Notes: generated from the sequence alone by a model not told the origin. A stretch of DNA of 64,000 nucleotides from an uncultured Clostridia bacterium (GCA_934169725.1 CAKPOF010000003.1:112637-176636), one strand, 5' to 3'. Numbered from the stretch's first letter, positions 49,906 through 61,206 are shown. A program made the numbers and translations.

Positions 49906-51324
49906 ATGAGTTTTGTAAATGAAAAATTGAATGAATTTAATGAATATATAAAATACAGAAAAGTGGCTATAATAGGATTAGGAGTTAGTAATCTACCGCT
50001 TTTAGATTATTTATACGAAAAGAAAGCAAATGTTACTATATTTGATGAAAGAAATTATGAAGAAATACCAAAAGATATTGCTGAAAAAATATCAAATTAT
50101 GGATATATATTTCATTATGGTAAAGATTGTTTGCAATATTTAAAAAATTTTAATGTTATTTTTAGATCACCAAGTTGTTTGCCAACAAAACTTGAATTGG
50201 TAGAAGAATCAAAAAGAGGAGCAATAGTTACAACAGAAGTTGAATTATTAATGGAAATGTCACCTGCAAAAATAATAGGTGTTACAGGTAGTGATGGAAA
50301 AACAACAACAACAAGTTTAATAAATTCAATTTTACAACAAGCTGGTTATAATACTTTTTTAGGTGGAAATATAGGGACACCATTATTTACTAAATTAGGA
50401 GAAATACAACCAGAAGATATTGTTGTTTTGGAATTAAGTAGTTTTCAATTGATGGGAATGCAAATAAGTCCACAAATTTCAGTTATTACTAATATAACAC
50501 CAAATCACTTGAATATACATAAAGACTACCAAGAATATATAGATGCTAAGAAAAATATATTTAAATATCAAGATGAAAAAGGAATATTAGTTTTAAATTA
50601 TGATAATGATATAACAAAAAAATGTGCTGAAGAAGCAAATGGAAAAGTGATTTTCTTTAGTAGTAAAGCTAAATTAGATAATGGATATATTGTTGATGAA
50701 GGAGTCATAAAAGAATGTGATGATAAAGTAAGAAAACATATCTTAGATACAAATGATGTAATATTGAGAGGAAATCACAACTATCAAAATATAGCAACTG
50801 CAATAGCTGCAACTTCAACATTGGTTGATATTGACACTGCATTAAAAGCAATAAAAAGCTTTAAACCAGTAGAGCATAGAATAGAATTTGTTAGAGAAAT
50901 TGATGGAGTAAAATGGTATAATGATTCAGCAAGTTCATCTCCATCTAGAACATTATCAGGATTAAATGCATTTGATGAAAAAATTGTTTTAATAGCTGGA
51001 GGATATGACAAAAATTTAGATTATACACCAATGGCTAAAACGGTTGTAGACAAGGTAAAAGCATTAATTTTAATAGGTCAAACATCTGGAAAAATATATG
51101 ATGCTGTAAAGCAAGAACTAGAAAATCAAGGTAAAAAAATGAATATCTATATGTGTAATACATTAGAAGATACAATTCCAATTGCAAAAAAGAATGCTAG
51201 TAAAGGTGATGTTGTATTATTTTCACCAGCAAGTGCAAGTTTTGACATGTTTAAAAATTTTGCAGATAGAGGAAATCAGTTTAAAGATTTAGTAAAAAAT
51301 ATTAAAAACGAAAAGAGTCTATAA
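49906..51324 (+). CDS. murD: UDP-N-acetylmuramoylalanine--D-glutamate ligase
   Basis: GVTGSDGKTTTTSL P-loop and a Mur ligase C-terminal domain. Confidence 0.85.
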   Translation: MSFVNEKLNEFNEYIKYRKVAIIGLGVSNLPLLDYLYEKKANVTIFDERNYEEIPKDIAEKISNYGYIFHYGKDCLQYLKNFNVIFRSPSCLPTKLELVEESKRGAIVTTEVELLMEMSPAKIIGVTGSDGKTTTTSLINSILQQAGYNTFLGGNIGTPLFTKLGEIQPEDIVVLELSSFQLMGMQISPQISVITNITPNHLNIHKDYQEYIDAKKNIFKYQDEKGILVLNYDNDITKKCAEEANGKVIFFSSKAKLDNGYIVDEGVIKECDDKVRKHILDTNDVILRGNHNYQNIATAIAATSTLVDIDTALKAIKSFKPVEHRIEFVREIDGVKWYNDSASSSPSRTLSGLNAFDEKIVLIAGGYDKNLDYTPMAKTVVDKVKALILIGQTSGKIYDAVKQELENQGKKMNIYMCNTLEDTIPIAKKNASKGDVVLFSPASASFDMFKNFADRGNQFKDLVKNIKNEKSL

Positions 51325-51372
51325 AAGGCTCTTTTCTCAAATACAGGACTATATAAAAATTTATGTATATTT

Positions 51373-51579
51373 TTATTTGTTATATTCTTCTTTCATTAAA
51401 AAAGCTTGAGCTTCTTTAATGACTTTTTTGTTGTTTTCAGTCAAATCTACTTTTAATTCGTTGATTTCGTTCTGCTGATAGAAATTACAAATATCATTAG
51501 CAACCTCTCTCTTTAATTCATCTGGTGCATTGTGTTCTTTTAAGAAAACCCATTGTAAAAATAAAGCGTTTAAATACAT
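51373..51579 (-). CDS. Small hypothetical cytosolic protein (69 aa)
   Basis: Strong RBS aaggagga upstream of the internal Met (MYLNALFLQW...). The listed longer ORF start is rejected. Confidence 0.5.
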   Translation of the reverse strand: MYLNALFLQWVFLKEHNAPDELKREVANDICNFYQQNEINELKVDLTENNKKVIKEAQAFLMKEEYNK

Positions 51580-51737
51580 GTTTTTGTCCTCCTTGTCTTT
51601 TGCCGTGTATATATATAGTCCCTTTTTTATTATATTTATATTATAACACAAATTTTCCCAAATGTTAAGTTTTATGTAAATAAATATTCACAATATTTCA
51701 AAAAATTCATATCATGTATAAAAAGGAGGAAAAATAA

Positions 51738-52307
51738 ATGTATAATCAAGAATATGATGAATATATAAGAAGCATTTTAGGATATCCAACTCAAGCAGAA
51801 CAATTGCATTTTCAAAATAATACATACCAAGAAACATATATTGAAAATGGTAGAAATGAAGAAAGAAAGGTTTTAGAAGAATCTTATCCTGAAATATATC
51901 AGATAATATATCCAATGGTAAAAAAAGCGTGTGATAGCAATAATATAAATAGTAGTGAAGAAATAAACAGATTAACAGATGAAATATATGTAGCTTTAGA
52001 AGGAAATAATGAAATAAATGTAAATATTAATTTAAGAAATGAAGTAGGAAAGGAAGGTAGAGCAGAAAATATAATCAAAAAAACAAGTAAAACTGAAAGT
52101 GAAAAAATATCAAATGAAACTAGGAGAAGTCAGTCCAACAATAATTTGAGGGATTTAATAAAAATATTACTTATAAGAGAATTGCTAAGAAAACCTAATT
52201 TGCCTCCGCCGATGCCACCACACGGAAGACCACCAATGCCACTACCAATGAGGCCACCGATAAGACCAAGGGAATTTCAATCATTTTATGATATATATGA
52301 ATATTAA
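51738..52307 (+). CDS. Hypothetical protein with a proline-rich C-terminus (PPPMPPHGRPPMPLPMRPPIRP)
   Basis: RBS aaaaggagga. No recognised domain. Confidence 0.5.
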   Translation: MYNQEYDEYIRSILGYPTQAEQLHFQNNTYQETYIENGRNEERKVLEESYPEIYQIIYPMVKKACDSNNINSSEEINRLTDEIYVALEGNNEINVNINLRNEVGKEGRAENIIKKTSKTESEKISNETRRSQSNNNLRDLIKILLIRELLRKPNLPPPMPPHGRPPMPLPMRPPIRPREFQSFYDIYEY

Positions 52308-52419
52308 ATAATATTAATTGTTAAATGAAAATTTTACCATTTTTTCAAATTAAAGATTGAATATAAAATTCAAAAAGGCAAATAATAATTACGAGAAAAT
52401 TTGAAAGGTGGTATATAAA

Positions 52420-52866
52420 ATGAAAGTAAAAGATTGTATGTGTACAGAAGTATGTTGCGTAAAACCAGAAACTAAGGTGAGTGATGTTGCAAAATTGATG
52501 TGTGAAAATCATGTTGGTTCAATTCCAATATGTGATAAAAATAATTGTATATGTGGTATTGTAACTGATAGGGATATTATATTAAGAACTGTAGCTTGTG
52601 AAAAAGATTTAAAAAATACACCTGTAAGTGAAGTAATGAGCTCACAAGTATGTACTTGTAATGAAAATGAAGATGTTTCAAATGCAGAAAATATAATGGG
52701 GATAAATAAAATTAGAAGATTGCCTGTATGTGACAATAATAATAAAGTGATTGGAATGTTAACATTGGGAGATATTGCACAAAACAGGGATAAACTAGAT
52801 GAAAATCAAATTTGTATGACTTTTGAAGATATTTGTGACTGTAACACTCAAAAAAATGCGGAATAG
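52420..52866 (+). CDS. CBS-domain pair protein, Cys-rich
   Basis: Two CBS motifs (VGSIPICDKNN..GIVTDRD; IRRLPVCDNNNKVIGMLTLGD). RBS gaaaggtgg. Confidence 0.75.
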   Translation: MKVKDCMCTEVCCVKPETKVSDVAKLMCENHVGSIPICDKNNCICGIVTDRDIILRTVACEKDLKNTPVSEVMSSQVCTCNENEDVSNAENIMGINKIRRLPVCDNNNKVIGMLTLGDIAQNRDKLDENQICMTFEDICDCNTQKNAE

Positions 52867-52986
52867 CTTATAATAATGGAATATTAGTATTAAACAATAT
52901 TATATGATATGTATAATATTGTTTAATATGTTATATATAGTTACAATTTACAATTCAAAATATTTAACTTATAAAAATTTAATAAT

Positions 52987-53107
52987 ATATTGTTTTTTTA
53001 TACCTTGGTGTCGCAAACCACATATTAAAATTACTAGTATGTAGTTTGCTCCAATTCGCACTCACTTTTGTTCGTTTAATCGCTTACGCGGTATTTCAAA
53101 ACAATAT
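52987..53107 (+). repeat. Palindromic repeat family A, copy 3
   Basis: Includes a 23-bp perfect terminal inverted repeat aaaatttaataatatattgtttt / aaaacaatatattattaaatttt. Confidence 0.85.
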
Positions 53108-53210
53108 ATTATTAAATTTTAAAATGAGATTTATTTCATAAATTGTAAATTGTAACTATATATAAGTATATAATAAAGTACAATACATATAATAAAGTAG
53201 GAGGGAGTAC

Positions 53211-54308
53211 ATGACAATAAATGTATCATATTGGACTAAAGTAGCCAAAAACATAATTTATGTAGTATTGTTGATAATAGGGCTTTTTCTTACTTTAAAA
53301 TTATCAATATTTTATATGCCTTTTTTAGTAGCATTTATAATATCATTAATAATAGAACCATTAATAAAATTAATAATGAAAAAAACAAAACTTACTAGAA
53401 GGACAAGTTCTATTATTATTTTTGCAATTGTATCTCTTATTATACTAGGAATTTTAACATGGATAATAATTACATTATTTTCAGAATCTTCGAATTTGTT
53501 ACAGAGTTTAAATGAATATGTTGATAAAGCTTATATACAAGTAAATAATTTTATAAAACAATTTGATTTTGATAAAATAAAAATATCTAATGAAATTTTA
53601 AATATTATACAAGAATCTAGTGGAGAATTTTTACAAACAATATCGAATTGGGTAAGAAATGCTTTAAATGGATTAATAAATATTATTACTAAATTGCCTG
53701 AAATAGCAATATGTGTAGGTATAACAATTTTAGCGTTATATTTTATATGTGTAGATAAAATATATATTTTAGATCAAATAGAGTATCATTTACCTAAATT
53801 ATGGGTAAAAAAAATAAGTAATCATTTAAGAGATTTAATAAAAACTTTAGGAGGATATTTAAAAGCTGAAGCAACTTTGATATTAGTGTCTTTTATTATA
53901 TCTTTGGTTGGATTATATATATTATCCTTTTTAAATTTTAATGTGAAATATCCATTATTGATGGCTTTATTTATTGGATTTGTAGATGCTTTGCCTATAT
54001 TGGGATCTGGTTCAGTTATGATTCCTTGGGCTATTATTTCATCATTAAATGGAGACTTAACATTGGGAATAGCTATAATAACATTATTGATTATTATGTC
54101 AATAGTTAGACAATTTTTAGAACCTAAAATAGTAAGCAAAAATATTGGTGTTCATCCTATATTCACTTTAATTGCTATGTATACAGGTTTCAAAATTACA
54201 GGCATAATAGGATTATTATTAGGACCAATTATATTAATAATTGTTAAAAATATATTTTCAAATCTAATAGATCAGGGTGTATTTAAAGCGATTTTTGAAA
54301 AAAAATAA
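53211..54308 (+). CDS. AI-2E family transporter (UPF0118; YtvI/PerM-like)
   Basis: Eight-transmembrane topology. Sequence pattern is typical of the family (..FIGFVDALPILGSG..). Confidence 0.7.
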   Translation: MTINVSYWTKVAKNIIYVVLLIIGLFLTLKLSIFYMPFLVAFIISLIIEPLIKLIMKKTKLTRRTSSIIIFAIVSLIILGILTWIIITLFSESSNLLQSLNEYVDKAYIQVNNFIKQFDFDKIKISNEILNIIQESSGEFLQTISNWVRNALNGLINIITKLPEIAICVGITILALYFICVDKIYILDQIEYHLPKLWVKKISNHLRDLIKTLGGYLKAEATLILVSFIISLVGLYILSFLNFNVKYPLLMALFIGFVDALPILGSGSVMIPWAIISSLNGDLTLGIAIITLLIIMSIVRQFLEPKIVSKNIGVHPIFTLIAMYTGFKITGIIGLLLGPIILIIVKNIFSNLIDQGVFKAIFEKK

Positions 54309-54380
54309 TTTTTTCTTTTAATTAGTTGAAATAAAAATTGTTAAATGATAAAATCATACCAAAGGGAGAGAGTAATACAT

Positions 54381-56726
54381 ATGAAAAATGAAAATGAAGA
54401 ATACAAAGAGTTTGAAAGGTTTAAGCAAAAAGCTTTACCTGGTGACAATTATTATATAACAATATTTTATGACGGTAATTTAAATACTATAAATCTTTCT
54501 GAATATAAAAGAAATTTATTTACATTTGGGAAAGATCCGGAAAATGATATAGTAATTGAATCAGAAGAAATTGATGATGAGCAAGGATATTTTGAAATAA
54601 CTGAACATGGAGTATTAGCAGTAAACACAAGTAAAAATTTTCCAATGATAGGAAATAATGATAAAGCTTTTGATGATATTTATTTATCAGAAGGAAGTTT
54701 TATAAAAATAATTAATCCAAATACAGAGGATAGGACACATAGCATATTATTTATGATGTCTATAGGTTCTAATTTGGATGAATGGAAAGGGTATCCAATA
54801 CAAATAGGTGCAACTAGCTTGGGGACTGGAGGAGGATGTGATTTAGTATTACCACCTAAGGGAGTTGCTAAAAGACATGCTACAGTTCATAAAATTGGAA
54901 ATAAATATACAATAAAAGATGATGGAAGTTTAAATGGAACATTTGTAAATGGAAGACAGATACCTTCTGAAAAAGAAGTCCCATTAAAAAATTTTGATAT
55001 TATATTAATAGGAAATTCAAAAATTATTTTATACAATAATAAGTTGATATATCAAATTTATCAACGTGGTATACAGTTGGATGCAATAGATATAGTAAAA
55101 CGTGTTAAAATAAAATTTAAAACTAGAGAAATATCTTCACATGTTACTATGCATGTAAAACCATCAGAATTTGTTGCGTTTGTTGGAGGATCTGGAGCAG
55201 GTAAAACAACTTTTATGAAATGTATTAGTGGTGTTAATGAACCGACATCAGGAAAAGTATATATTAATGGAGAAGATTTATTTGAAAATTATGAAACATT
55301 AAAATATAATATCGGATATGTACCACAAGAAGATATAGTATACTCAAATTTAACATTGCATGATATGTTAAAATATACAGCAAAACTAAGAATGCCAGAT
55401 AATGCAACTAAAAAGGAGAGACAACAAAGAATTAAAGAAGTACTTGAAATAGTACAATTAACAGAGTTCGAAAATTCATATATTAGACAATTAAGTGGTG
55501 GTCAAAGAAAAAGGGCAAGTATTGCAACAGAATTAATTGCTGATCCCGGATTATTTTTCTTAGATGAACCAACAAGTGGATTAGACCCAGATACAGAGAG
55601 AAGTATAATGAAAACCTTGCAGAAAATGTCAAAAATGGGGAAAACAATAATCCTAGTAACACATAACACTTTAAACCTACATTTGTGTGATAAAGTAGCT
55701 TTTTTTGGAGCTGGTGGACACTTATGTTTTTATGGAAAACCACAAGAGGCTTTAGATTTTTTTGGAGTAGATGATTTTGTTGATATATATACATTGTTAA
55801 GTAAAAATCCTAAGGAATGGCAAGAAAAATTTGAATCAACAATAGGTGCAAAAGAAGTAAAAAAACCTACAGTGGAAAAAAGAAATAAAGTACCACATAA
55901 GAAAAAATCATTTATAAAACAACTGATAATTTTAATTAAGAGATATATAAAATTAATTTCAAATGATTTTCAACAAATGGTATTATTATTTGCTCAGGCA
56001 CCAATAGTAGGATTATTACTAACAACAGTAAAAACAGATGAACTATATTCTAGTTATGATGACACAAAAGCTCTTTTATTTTCTTTAGGATGTGCATCAA
56101 TTTGGCTTGGATTATTAAATTCTGTTCAAGAAATATGTAAGGAAAAAGTTATTTTACAAAAAGAACATATGTCAGATTTAAAATTGTCTGCATATCTAGC
56201 TTCAAAATTTATAGTACAAGGGATATTAGCTTTTATACAGGCAACAATAATGGTTGTCATATTTCAAGCAATTGCAGGAAAATCAGAAAATAACATATTA
56301 ATAGATTCATTCTGGGATATACAAATAATATGCTTCTTATCAATATTAGGTGCAGCTACATTAGGATTATTTATTTCTGCATTAGTTAAAAATTCTAATA
56401 TAGCAATGTCAATTATTCCACTAATTTTAGTGCCACAATTATTGTTTTCTGGTATGCTTTTTAAATTAGAGGGAATTGCAGATTTTGTATCAAATTTCGT
56501 ATTATGTAGATGGTCTGTTGAAGGATTAGGAACAAGTGCTAATTTGAATGATTTAACACATATGGTACAAACCATAAATCCATTAATAGAAGTGGAGGCA
56601 GAAGATTATTTTACATTTACAACAGAACATATGATACATGTGATATTAATTTTATTGCTTATGATATTGGTACAAATGTTAGCTAGCTATATAGCATTAA
56701 GAAAAAATGTTAATAAGAGTATGTAA
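54381..56726 (+). CDS. Fusion of two FHA domains, an ABC ATPase and an ABC-2 permease (Rv1747-like exporter architecture)
   Basis: One degenerate and one canonical FHA domain (GNKYTIKDDGSLNGTFVNG). Walker A GGSGAGKTT, LSGGQRKR, LFFLDEPTSGLD, then six transmembrane helices. RBS aagggagagag. Confidence 0.8.
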   Translation: MKNENEEYKEFERFKQKALPGDNYYITIFYDGNLNTINLSEYKRNLFTFGKDPENDIVIESEEIDDEQGYFEITEHGVLAVNTSKNFPMIGNNDKAFDDIYLSEGSFIKIINPNTEDRTHSILFMMSIGSNLDEWKGYPIQIGATSLGTGGGCDLVLPPKGVAKRHATVHKIGNKYTIKDDGSLNGTFVNGRQIPSEKEVPLKNFDIILIGNSKIILYNNKLIYQIYQRGIQLDAIDIVKRVKIKFKTREISSHVTMHVKPSEFVAFVGGSGAGKTTFMKCISGVNEPTSGKVYINGEDLFENYETLKYNIGYVPQEDIVYSNLTLHDMLKYTAKLRMPDNATKKERQQRIKEVLEIVQLTEFENSYIRQLSGGQRKRASIATELIADPGLFFLDEPTSGLDPDTERSIMKTLQKMSKMGKTIILVTHNTLNLHLCDKVAFFGAGGHLCFYGKPQEALDFFGVDDFVDIYTLLSKNPKEWQEKFESTIGAKEVKKPTVEKRNKVPHKKKSFIKQLIILIKRYIKLISNDFQQMVLLFAQAPIVGLLLTTVKTDELYSSYDDTKALLFSLGCASIWLGLLNSVQEICKEKVILQKEHMSDLKLSAYLASKFIVQGILAFIQATIMVVIFQAIAGKSENNILIDSFWDIQIICFLSILGAATLGLFISALVKNSNIAMSIIPLILVPQLLFSGMLFKLEGIADFVSNFVLCRWSVEGLGTSANLNDLTHMVQTINPLIEVEAEDYFTFTTEHMIHVILILLLMILVQMLASYIALRKNVNKSM

Positions 56727-56743
56727 AAAATATATTTAAAACA

Positions 56744-56786
56744 CAAAAAAACAATATAGACTTTAAAATCTATATTGTTTTTTATT
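56744..56786. terminator. Bidirectional terminator aacaatatagactttaaaatctatattgtt
   Basis: Lies between convergent genes. A and T runs flank it. Confidence 0.8.
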
Positions 56787-57415
56787 TATTTTACTTGTTT
56801 TAATTGTTTAGCTTTTATTATTGAAATAATTACACTTATAGTCAATAATAAAATAGTAAGTATTATTATAATATTATTTATACCAGCATAGGGTAAAATT
56901 TTATTAGCCAAATTGCTTTTATTATTTGTTATAGAAGAAGTAGGAGTAGAAGATGATGATGGATTTGGTTTGTTATTGTCATCGTTGTCATTATTAGATG
57001 ACGATTGAACCTGTTCATTTGTCCAATCCTTTATAGTAGTTATTTCATCTTGCATTTCACTTAAAGTATCATCATTTAAATCATTATTAACCTGAGATGT
57101 TAATTCTGATTTTAATACTTCTAAAACAAATGGATCCATATCTGAAACATTATCTAACATATTTATATCATTCATTAATGTTTCTTTTAGTTCATCAGTA
57201 ACTTTTGTAGCAGTATTAAGATCATTATAAGTTTTATCAACTACTGTTTTAAATTCATTTAGATTTCCTAACTGTTCTTTATATTCATTTAATAATTCAA
57301 CTAAATCTTCCTTGTCGCTGGTAGAGGTTTCTGCATAAGTAGGGAAACACATAGATAGAATAAAATATAATATTAATAATAATGTAATAATAATTTTTCT
57401 TGTATTTATATTCAT
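56786..57415 (-). CDS. Secreted acidic surface protein with a C-terminal LPYAG-hydrophobic-basic tail (sortase-substrate-like)
   Basis: Signal peptide. Motif LPYAG + INNIIIILTILLLTISVIISII + KAKQLKQVK. Start at the Met after RBS aaagga. Confidence 0.6.
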   Translation of the reverse strand: MNINTRKIIITLLLILYFILSMCFPTYAETSTSDKEDLVELLNEYKEQLGNLNEFKTVVDKTYNDLNTATKVTDELKETLMNDINMLDNVSDMDPFVLEVLKSELTSQVNNDLNDDTLSEMQDEITTIKDWTNEQVQSSSNNDNDDNNKPNPSSSSTPTSSITNNKSNLANKILPYAGINNIIIILTILLLTISVIISIIKAKQLKQVK

Positions 57416-57457
57416 AATAATTATTCCTTTCAATATTTTTCATTAGTGTATATTAAA

Positions 57458-58909
57458 TTAAACACCAAACATATTTTTTATTAGTTTTAATGCTTTAACT
57501 AATCCACCAATCATAGATGTTTTTTGTTCAGTTTTTTCTTTATAGTCTGATATTTTTTCTACTTGTATTCCATTTTTTACTTTTTCTGCTTGAGTAATAA
57601 AATTATCAACATGTCCTTCATAAACATTTTCTTTATTTCCTAAAATTATAAATGCGTGTTGTTCACCTTTAGCTTTGAATCTTTGTACATAAGGTATGTT
57701 TGCATTAGCATTTGCAGTGGCATAAATTTCATCACTATTTGTAAATGGAACAGTAGAATCTTCAGTTCCGTGAATGATTAGTAAAGGTGTTGAACTTTTC
57801 TTTAAGCTATTAACAGAACTTTGTAATTCGTCATATTTTTCTGGTGTTAAACCTACATCAACTTTTTCTATAATTAATTTTTTAATAGTAGCTTCACCAA
57901 CTACATCAGATAAATCTGTTTTGTTGAAAATTCCTAATATTTTTGCAACTAATTTATTATCACTATAAGAATTTAACATGTCTTTAACTATTCCTGTCAT
58001 AGAAGTATAACCACAATCTTCTACTAATCCAATTACATTTTGATCTTTAATTGTTTTATTATCAACAGTTAATCCTGATAGAAATACAGTTGTTGCACCA
58101 CCTAAAGATACACCATGTACAAATATTTCATCACAATTGTTAGGATATTTGTCATTTAGGTATGTAAGCCAATCCCATACGTCAAGACTTTCTAAGTATC
58201 CCATAGCAACACTACCTTTACTATTACCAAAGCCTCTTAAATCAGGAGCAAATACATTAAATCCTTGATCTAAATACATTTGACCTAGAGAATCAGCCAT
58301 TGCTTGTCCATTCATCATAAATCCATGTACTAAAACAACCCATTTTTTAGATGTTGGTTTTCCTTCAGAATCTGCATTTGCATAGTAGATATTACCACTT
58401 AAGCTTACTTTATACTTATCTCCAGATAATCTTCCAGCAGTAGTAGCTGATATTTCAACAACCTCATTTGGTTTCAAACTTTTTAATGCACTGTTACTAC
58501 TATTTTTAGATAGTGATTTTAAAGTTTCTACAATAGATGTTATTAAAGAAGATGAATCTTTAGCATTACTAGAAATTATTTTATTTAATATTTCAGTAGA
58601 TGAAGATGATATAATTGATGTATCTTTATATTTATTTTGAAGTTCAGTCATCTTATCAATAATATCTATTTTTGTATCAGAAACACTCTTGTTTTTATCA
58701 ATACTTTGAACATATTGATTAAGATCGCTTAAAAAGTTTTTATAGTTGCTTGCATCTCCATATTTTTTATTTAACATTGAGTTTGCATTATCCTTGTTTA
58801 AAAATGGCCAAAAATTAAAGGCAGCCTTTGAAGTTACAGGTATAAATACCATTCCTAATATAATTAATGATATTAGGAGTATCTTTGAAATTTTTAATAT
58901 TTTTCTCAT
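57458..58909 (-). CDS. Secreted alpha/beta-fold hydrolase
   Basis: Signal peptide. HGF..., GVSLGG nucleophile elbow, and the DCGYTS..IHGTEDS pattern. Start at the ATG after RBS aaagggtg. Confidence 0.7.
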   Translation of the reverse strand: MRKILKISKILLISLIILGMVFIPVTSKAAFNFWPFLNKDNANSMLNKKYGDASNYKNFLSDLNQYVQSIDKNKSVSDTKIDIIDKMTELQNKYKDTSIISSSSTEILNKIISSNAKDSSSLITSIVETLKSLSKNSSNSALKSLKPNEVVEISATTAGRLSGDKYKVSLSGNIYYANADSEGKPTSKKWVVLVHGFMMNGQAMADSLGQMYLDQGFNVFAPDLRGFGNSKGSVAMGYLESLDVWDWLTYLNDKYPNNCDEIFVHGVSLGGATTVFLSGLTVDNKTIKDQNVIGLVEDCGYTSMTGIVKDMLNSYSDNKLVAKILGIFNKTDLSDVVGEATIKKLIIEKVDVGLTPEKYDELQSSVNSLKKSSTPLLIIHGTEDSTVPFTNSDEIYATANANANIPYVQRFKAKGEQHAFIILGNKENVYEGHVDNFITQAEKVKNGIQVEKISDYKEKTEQKTSMIGGLVKALKLIKNMFGV

Positions 58910-58994
58910 AACAATCACCCTTTCTTATCTTATGTTTTTTCATAAGTTTTCATCTAATACTATTTTAACACAAATTAAAAAATAATCAAAAAAT

Positions 58995-60533
58995 TTATTC
59001 CCATTCAATTGTTGCTGGTGGTTTAGATGTAATATCATAAACAACTCTATTAACATGTTTTACTTCATTAACAATTCTAGAAGAAACTTTTTCTAATACT
59101 TCATATGGTATTTTGCTCCAAACACCAGTCATGAAATCTGTAGTTTCAACTGCGCGAAGAGCAACAGTATAATCATATGTTCTTTCATCACCCATAACAC
59201 CAACAGATTTCAGATTTGTTAGAACTGCAAAATATTGATTTATGTTTTTATGAAGTCCTGCTTTTGATATTTCAGTTCTAAAAATGCTATCAGCTTCTTT
59301 TAATATTTCTAATTTGTCGTCTGTAATTTCACCTATAATTCTTATTGCTAATCCTGGACCAGGGAAAGGTTGTCTAAATACTAAATTTTCAGGAATTCCT
59401 AATTCCAATCCAGTTTGTCTAACTTCATCTTTAAATAGATTTCTTAAAGGTTCTACAATTTCTTTGAAATCAACATAATCAGGTAGTCCACCAACATTAT
59501 GATGGCTTTTTATTACAGAACTTTTTCCTAAACCACTTTCTATAACATCAGGATAGATAGTTCCTTGAACTAAAAAGTCTACTGTACCAATTTTTTTAGC
59601 CTCTTCTTCAAAAACTCTTATAAATTCTTCACCTATAATTTTTCTTTTGGCTTCAGGATCTGCAACACCAGAAAGCTTTGATAAAAATCTATCTTTAGCA
59701 TTTACACGGATTAAATTTATATCAAATTGATTTCTAAATATCTCTTCAACTTCATCACCTTCATTTTTTCTAAGCAAACCATGATCAACGAAAATACATG
59801 TTAAATTTTTTCCAATAGCTTTATTTAATAAAACAGCAGCTACTGAAGAATCTACGCCTCCTGATAAAGCACATAAAGCTTTTTTATCACCGATTTTTTC
59901 TTTTAAGTTATGGATGCTTTCTTCTACAAATGAAGAAATTTTCCAATCAGCAGAACAATTACAAATATTAAATAGAAAATTTTTAATAACTTGAGTTCCG
60001 TTAACAGATAAATTTACTTCAGGATGAAATTGTATACCAAAAAGATTTTTTTCTGGATTTTCCATAGCAGCATTAGGACAATGTTCTGTAAAACCAATAT
60101 TTTTAAAACCATTAGGTACTTCTGAGACAAAATCAGTATGACTCATTAAAAAATTATTTTCGCTATCAAAATTTTTGAATAGGGAAGATGTATTATCTAT
60201 ATTAACCTTAGTTGTACCATATTCTCGCGTATCGGCTTTTGAAACTTTTCCTCCTAAAACATGTGTCATCAATTGCATTCCATAGCAAATTCCCAAAATA
60301 GGAATTCCTAATTCGAAAATCTCATTATTGCATTTAGGAGAATCTTCACCATATACACTTGCGGGTCCACCGGTGAATATAATACCTTTAGGATTTTTTT
60401 CTTTAATTTTATCAATAGATATGTCATAATGTACTACTTCAGAATATACATTACAATCTCTAACTCTTCTTGCAATTAATTGATTATATTGACCACCAAA
60501 GTCTAAAATCAAGATTAGTTCGTTTTTTTTCAT
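58995..60533 (-). CDS. guaA: GMP synthase (glutamine-hydrolysing)
   Basis: Class I glutamine amidotransferase domain (GICYGMQ) and an SGGVDSS PP-loop. Confidence 0.93.
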   Translation of the reverse strand: MKKNELILILDFGGQYNQLIARRVRDCNVYSEVVHYDISIDKIKEKNPKGIIFTGGPASVYGEDSPKCNNEIFELGIPILGICYGMQLMTHVLGGKVSKADTREYGTTKVNIDNTSSLFKNFDSENNFLMSHTDFVSEVPNGFKNIGFTEHCPNAAMENPEKNLFGIQFHPEVNLSVNGTQVIKNFLFNICNCSADWKISSFVEESIHNLKEKIGDKKALCALSGGVDSSVAAVLLNKAIGKNLTCIFVDHGLLRKNEGDEVEEIFRNQFDINLIRVNAKDRFLSKLSGVADPEAKRKIIGEEFIRVFEEEAKKIGTVDFLVQGTIYPDVIESGLGKSSVIKSHHNVGGLPDYVDFKEIVEPLRNLFKDEVRQTGLELGIPENLVFRQPFPGPGLAIRIIGEITDDKLEILKEADSIFRTEISKAGLHKNINQYFAVLTNLKSVGVMGDERTYDYTVALRAVETTDFMTGVWSKIPYEVLEKVSSRIVNEVKHVNRVVYDITSKPPATIEWE

Positions 60534-60657
60534 TTTTAACCTCCATATTAAATATTAAAACACAATATTATAATAACATAACAGATACCTAAAGTAAAGG
60601 AATAAAACTATATATTTAAAATTATAAAATAATAAAAAGCCATCTGGATTAATGGCT

Positions 60658-61206
60658 TTATACAATGTTTTCAGTAGGGATATAAGTGTTATCTGGAGGA
60701 TATACATATTCATCATTTGGCTTTTCGACATTATGTATTTCAGTAACCTTTATAATAGGCATATCGCCATGATAAAAACCTTTTGTTATTTCTCCAGAAA
60801 GTTCTACCCAACAATTATTGGGGAAACTTTGTGCATTATCAAATTCACACAAAAAACCGACGATAACATATTGAAAATCAGAAGATATTATCATATCTCT
60901 TGCTAAAATGAATTGTTTGTCTGATAAATCTGTAACTCTATATATATAACCTGTGAACTTTATGTTAGTACCAATATAATTATTAATATTTTCATGCACA
61001 GATTTTAGTATGTTAGTATAATTTTTGCTAGAAATTGTATTGACTTTATTTTGGGGTGTACAACCAGAACTGTTTTTCTCATTATTAGCACCATAAAATA
61101 GTTTAAATGTAACAAATATTAATATAGAAATTATAATAAGAACTATTAAAACAAAAAACAATTTAAATATTTTATTTCCATTGACTTTAAAATTATATAT
61201 AAACAT
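60658..61206 (-). CDS. Hypothetical membrane-anchored/lipoprotein-like protein
   Basis: N-terminal transmembrane segment and a Cys after the hydrophobic stretch. A terminator hairpin lies at 60634-60660. Confidence 0.5.
   Translation of the reverse strand: MFIYNFKVNGNKIFKLFFVLIVLIIISILIFVTFKLFYGANNEKNSSGCTPQNKVNTISSKNYTNILKSVHENINNYIGTNIKFTGYIYRVTDLSDKQFILARDMIISSDFQYVIVGFLCEFDNAQSFPNNCWVELSGEITKGFYHGDMPIIKVTEIHNVEKPNDEYVYPPDNTYIPTENIV

Noticed and set aside
60534-60657. Possible purine riboswitch upstream of guaA
   Set aside because: None of the conserved guanine-riboswitch core sequences are present. The region contains only a terminator for the upstream gene and AT-rich promoter sequence.
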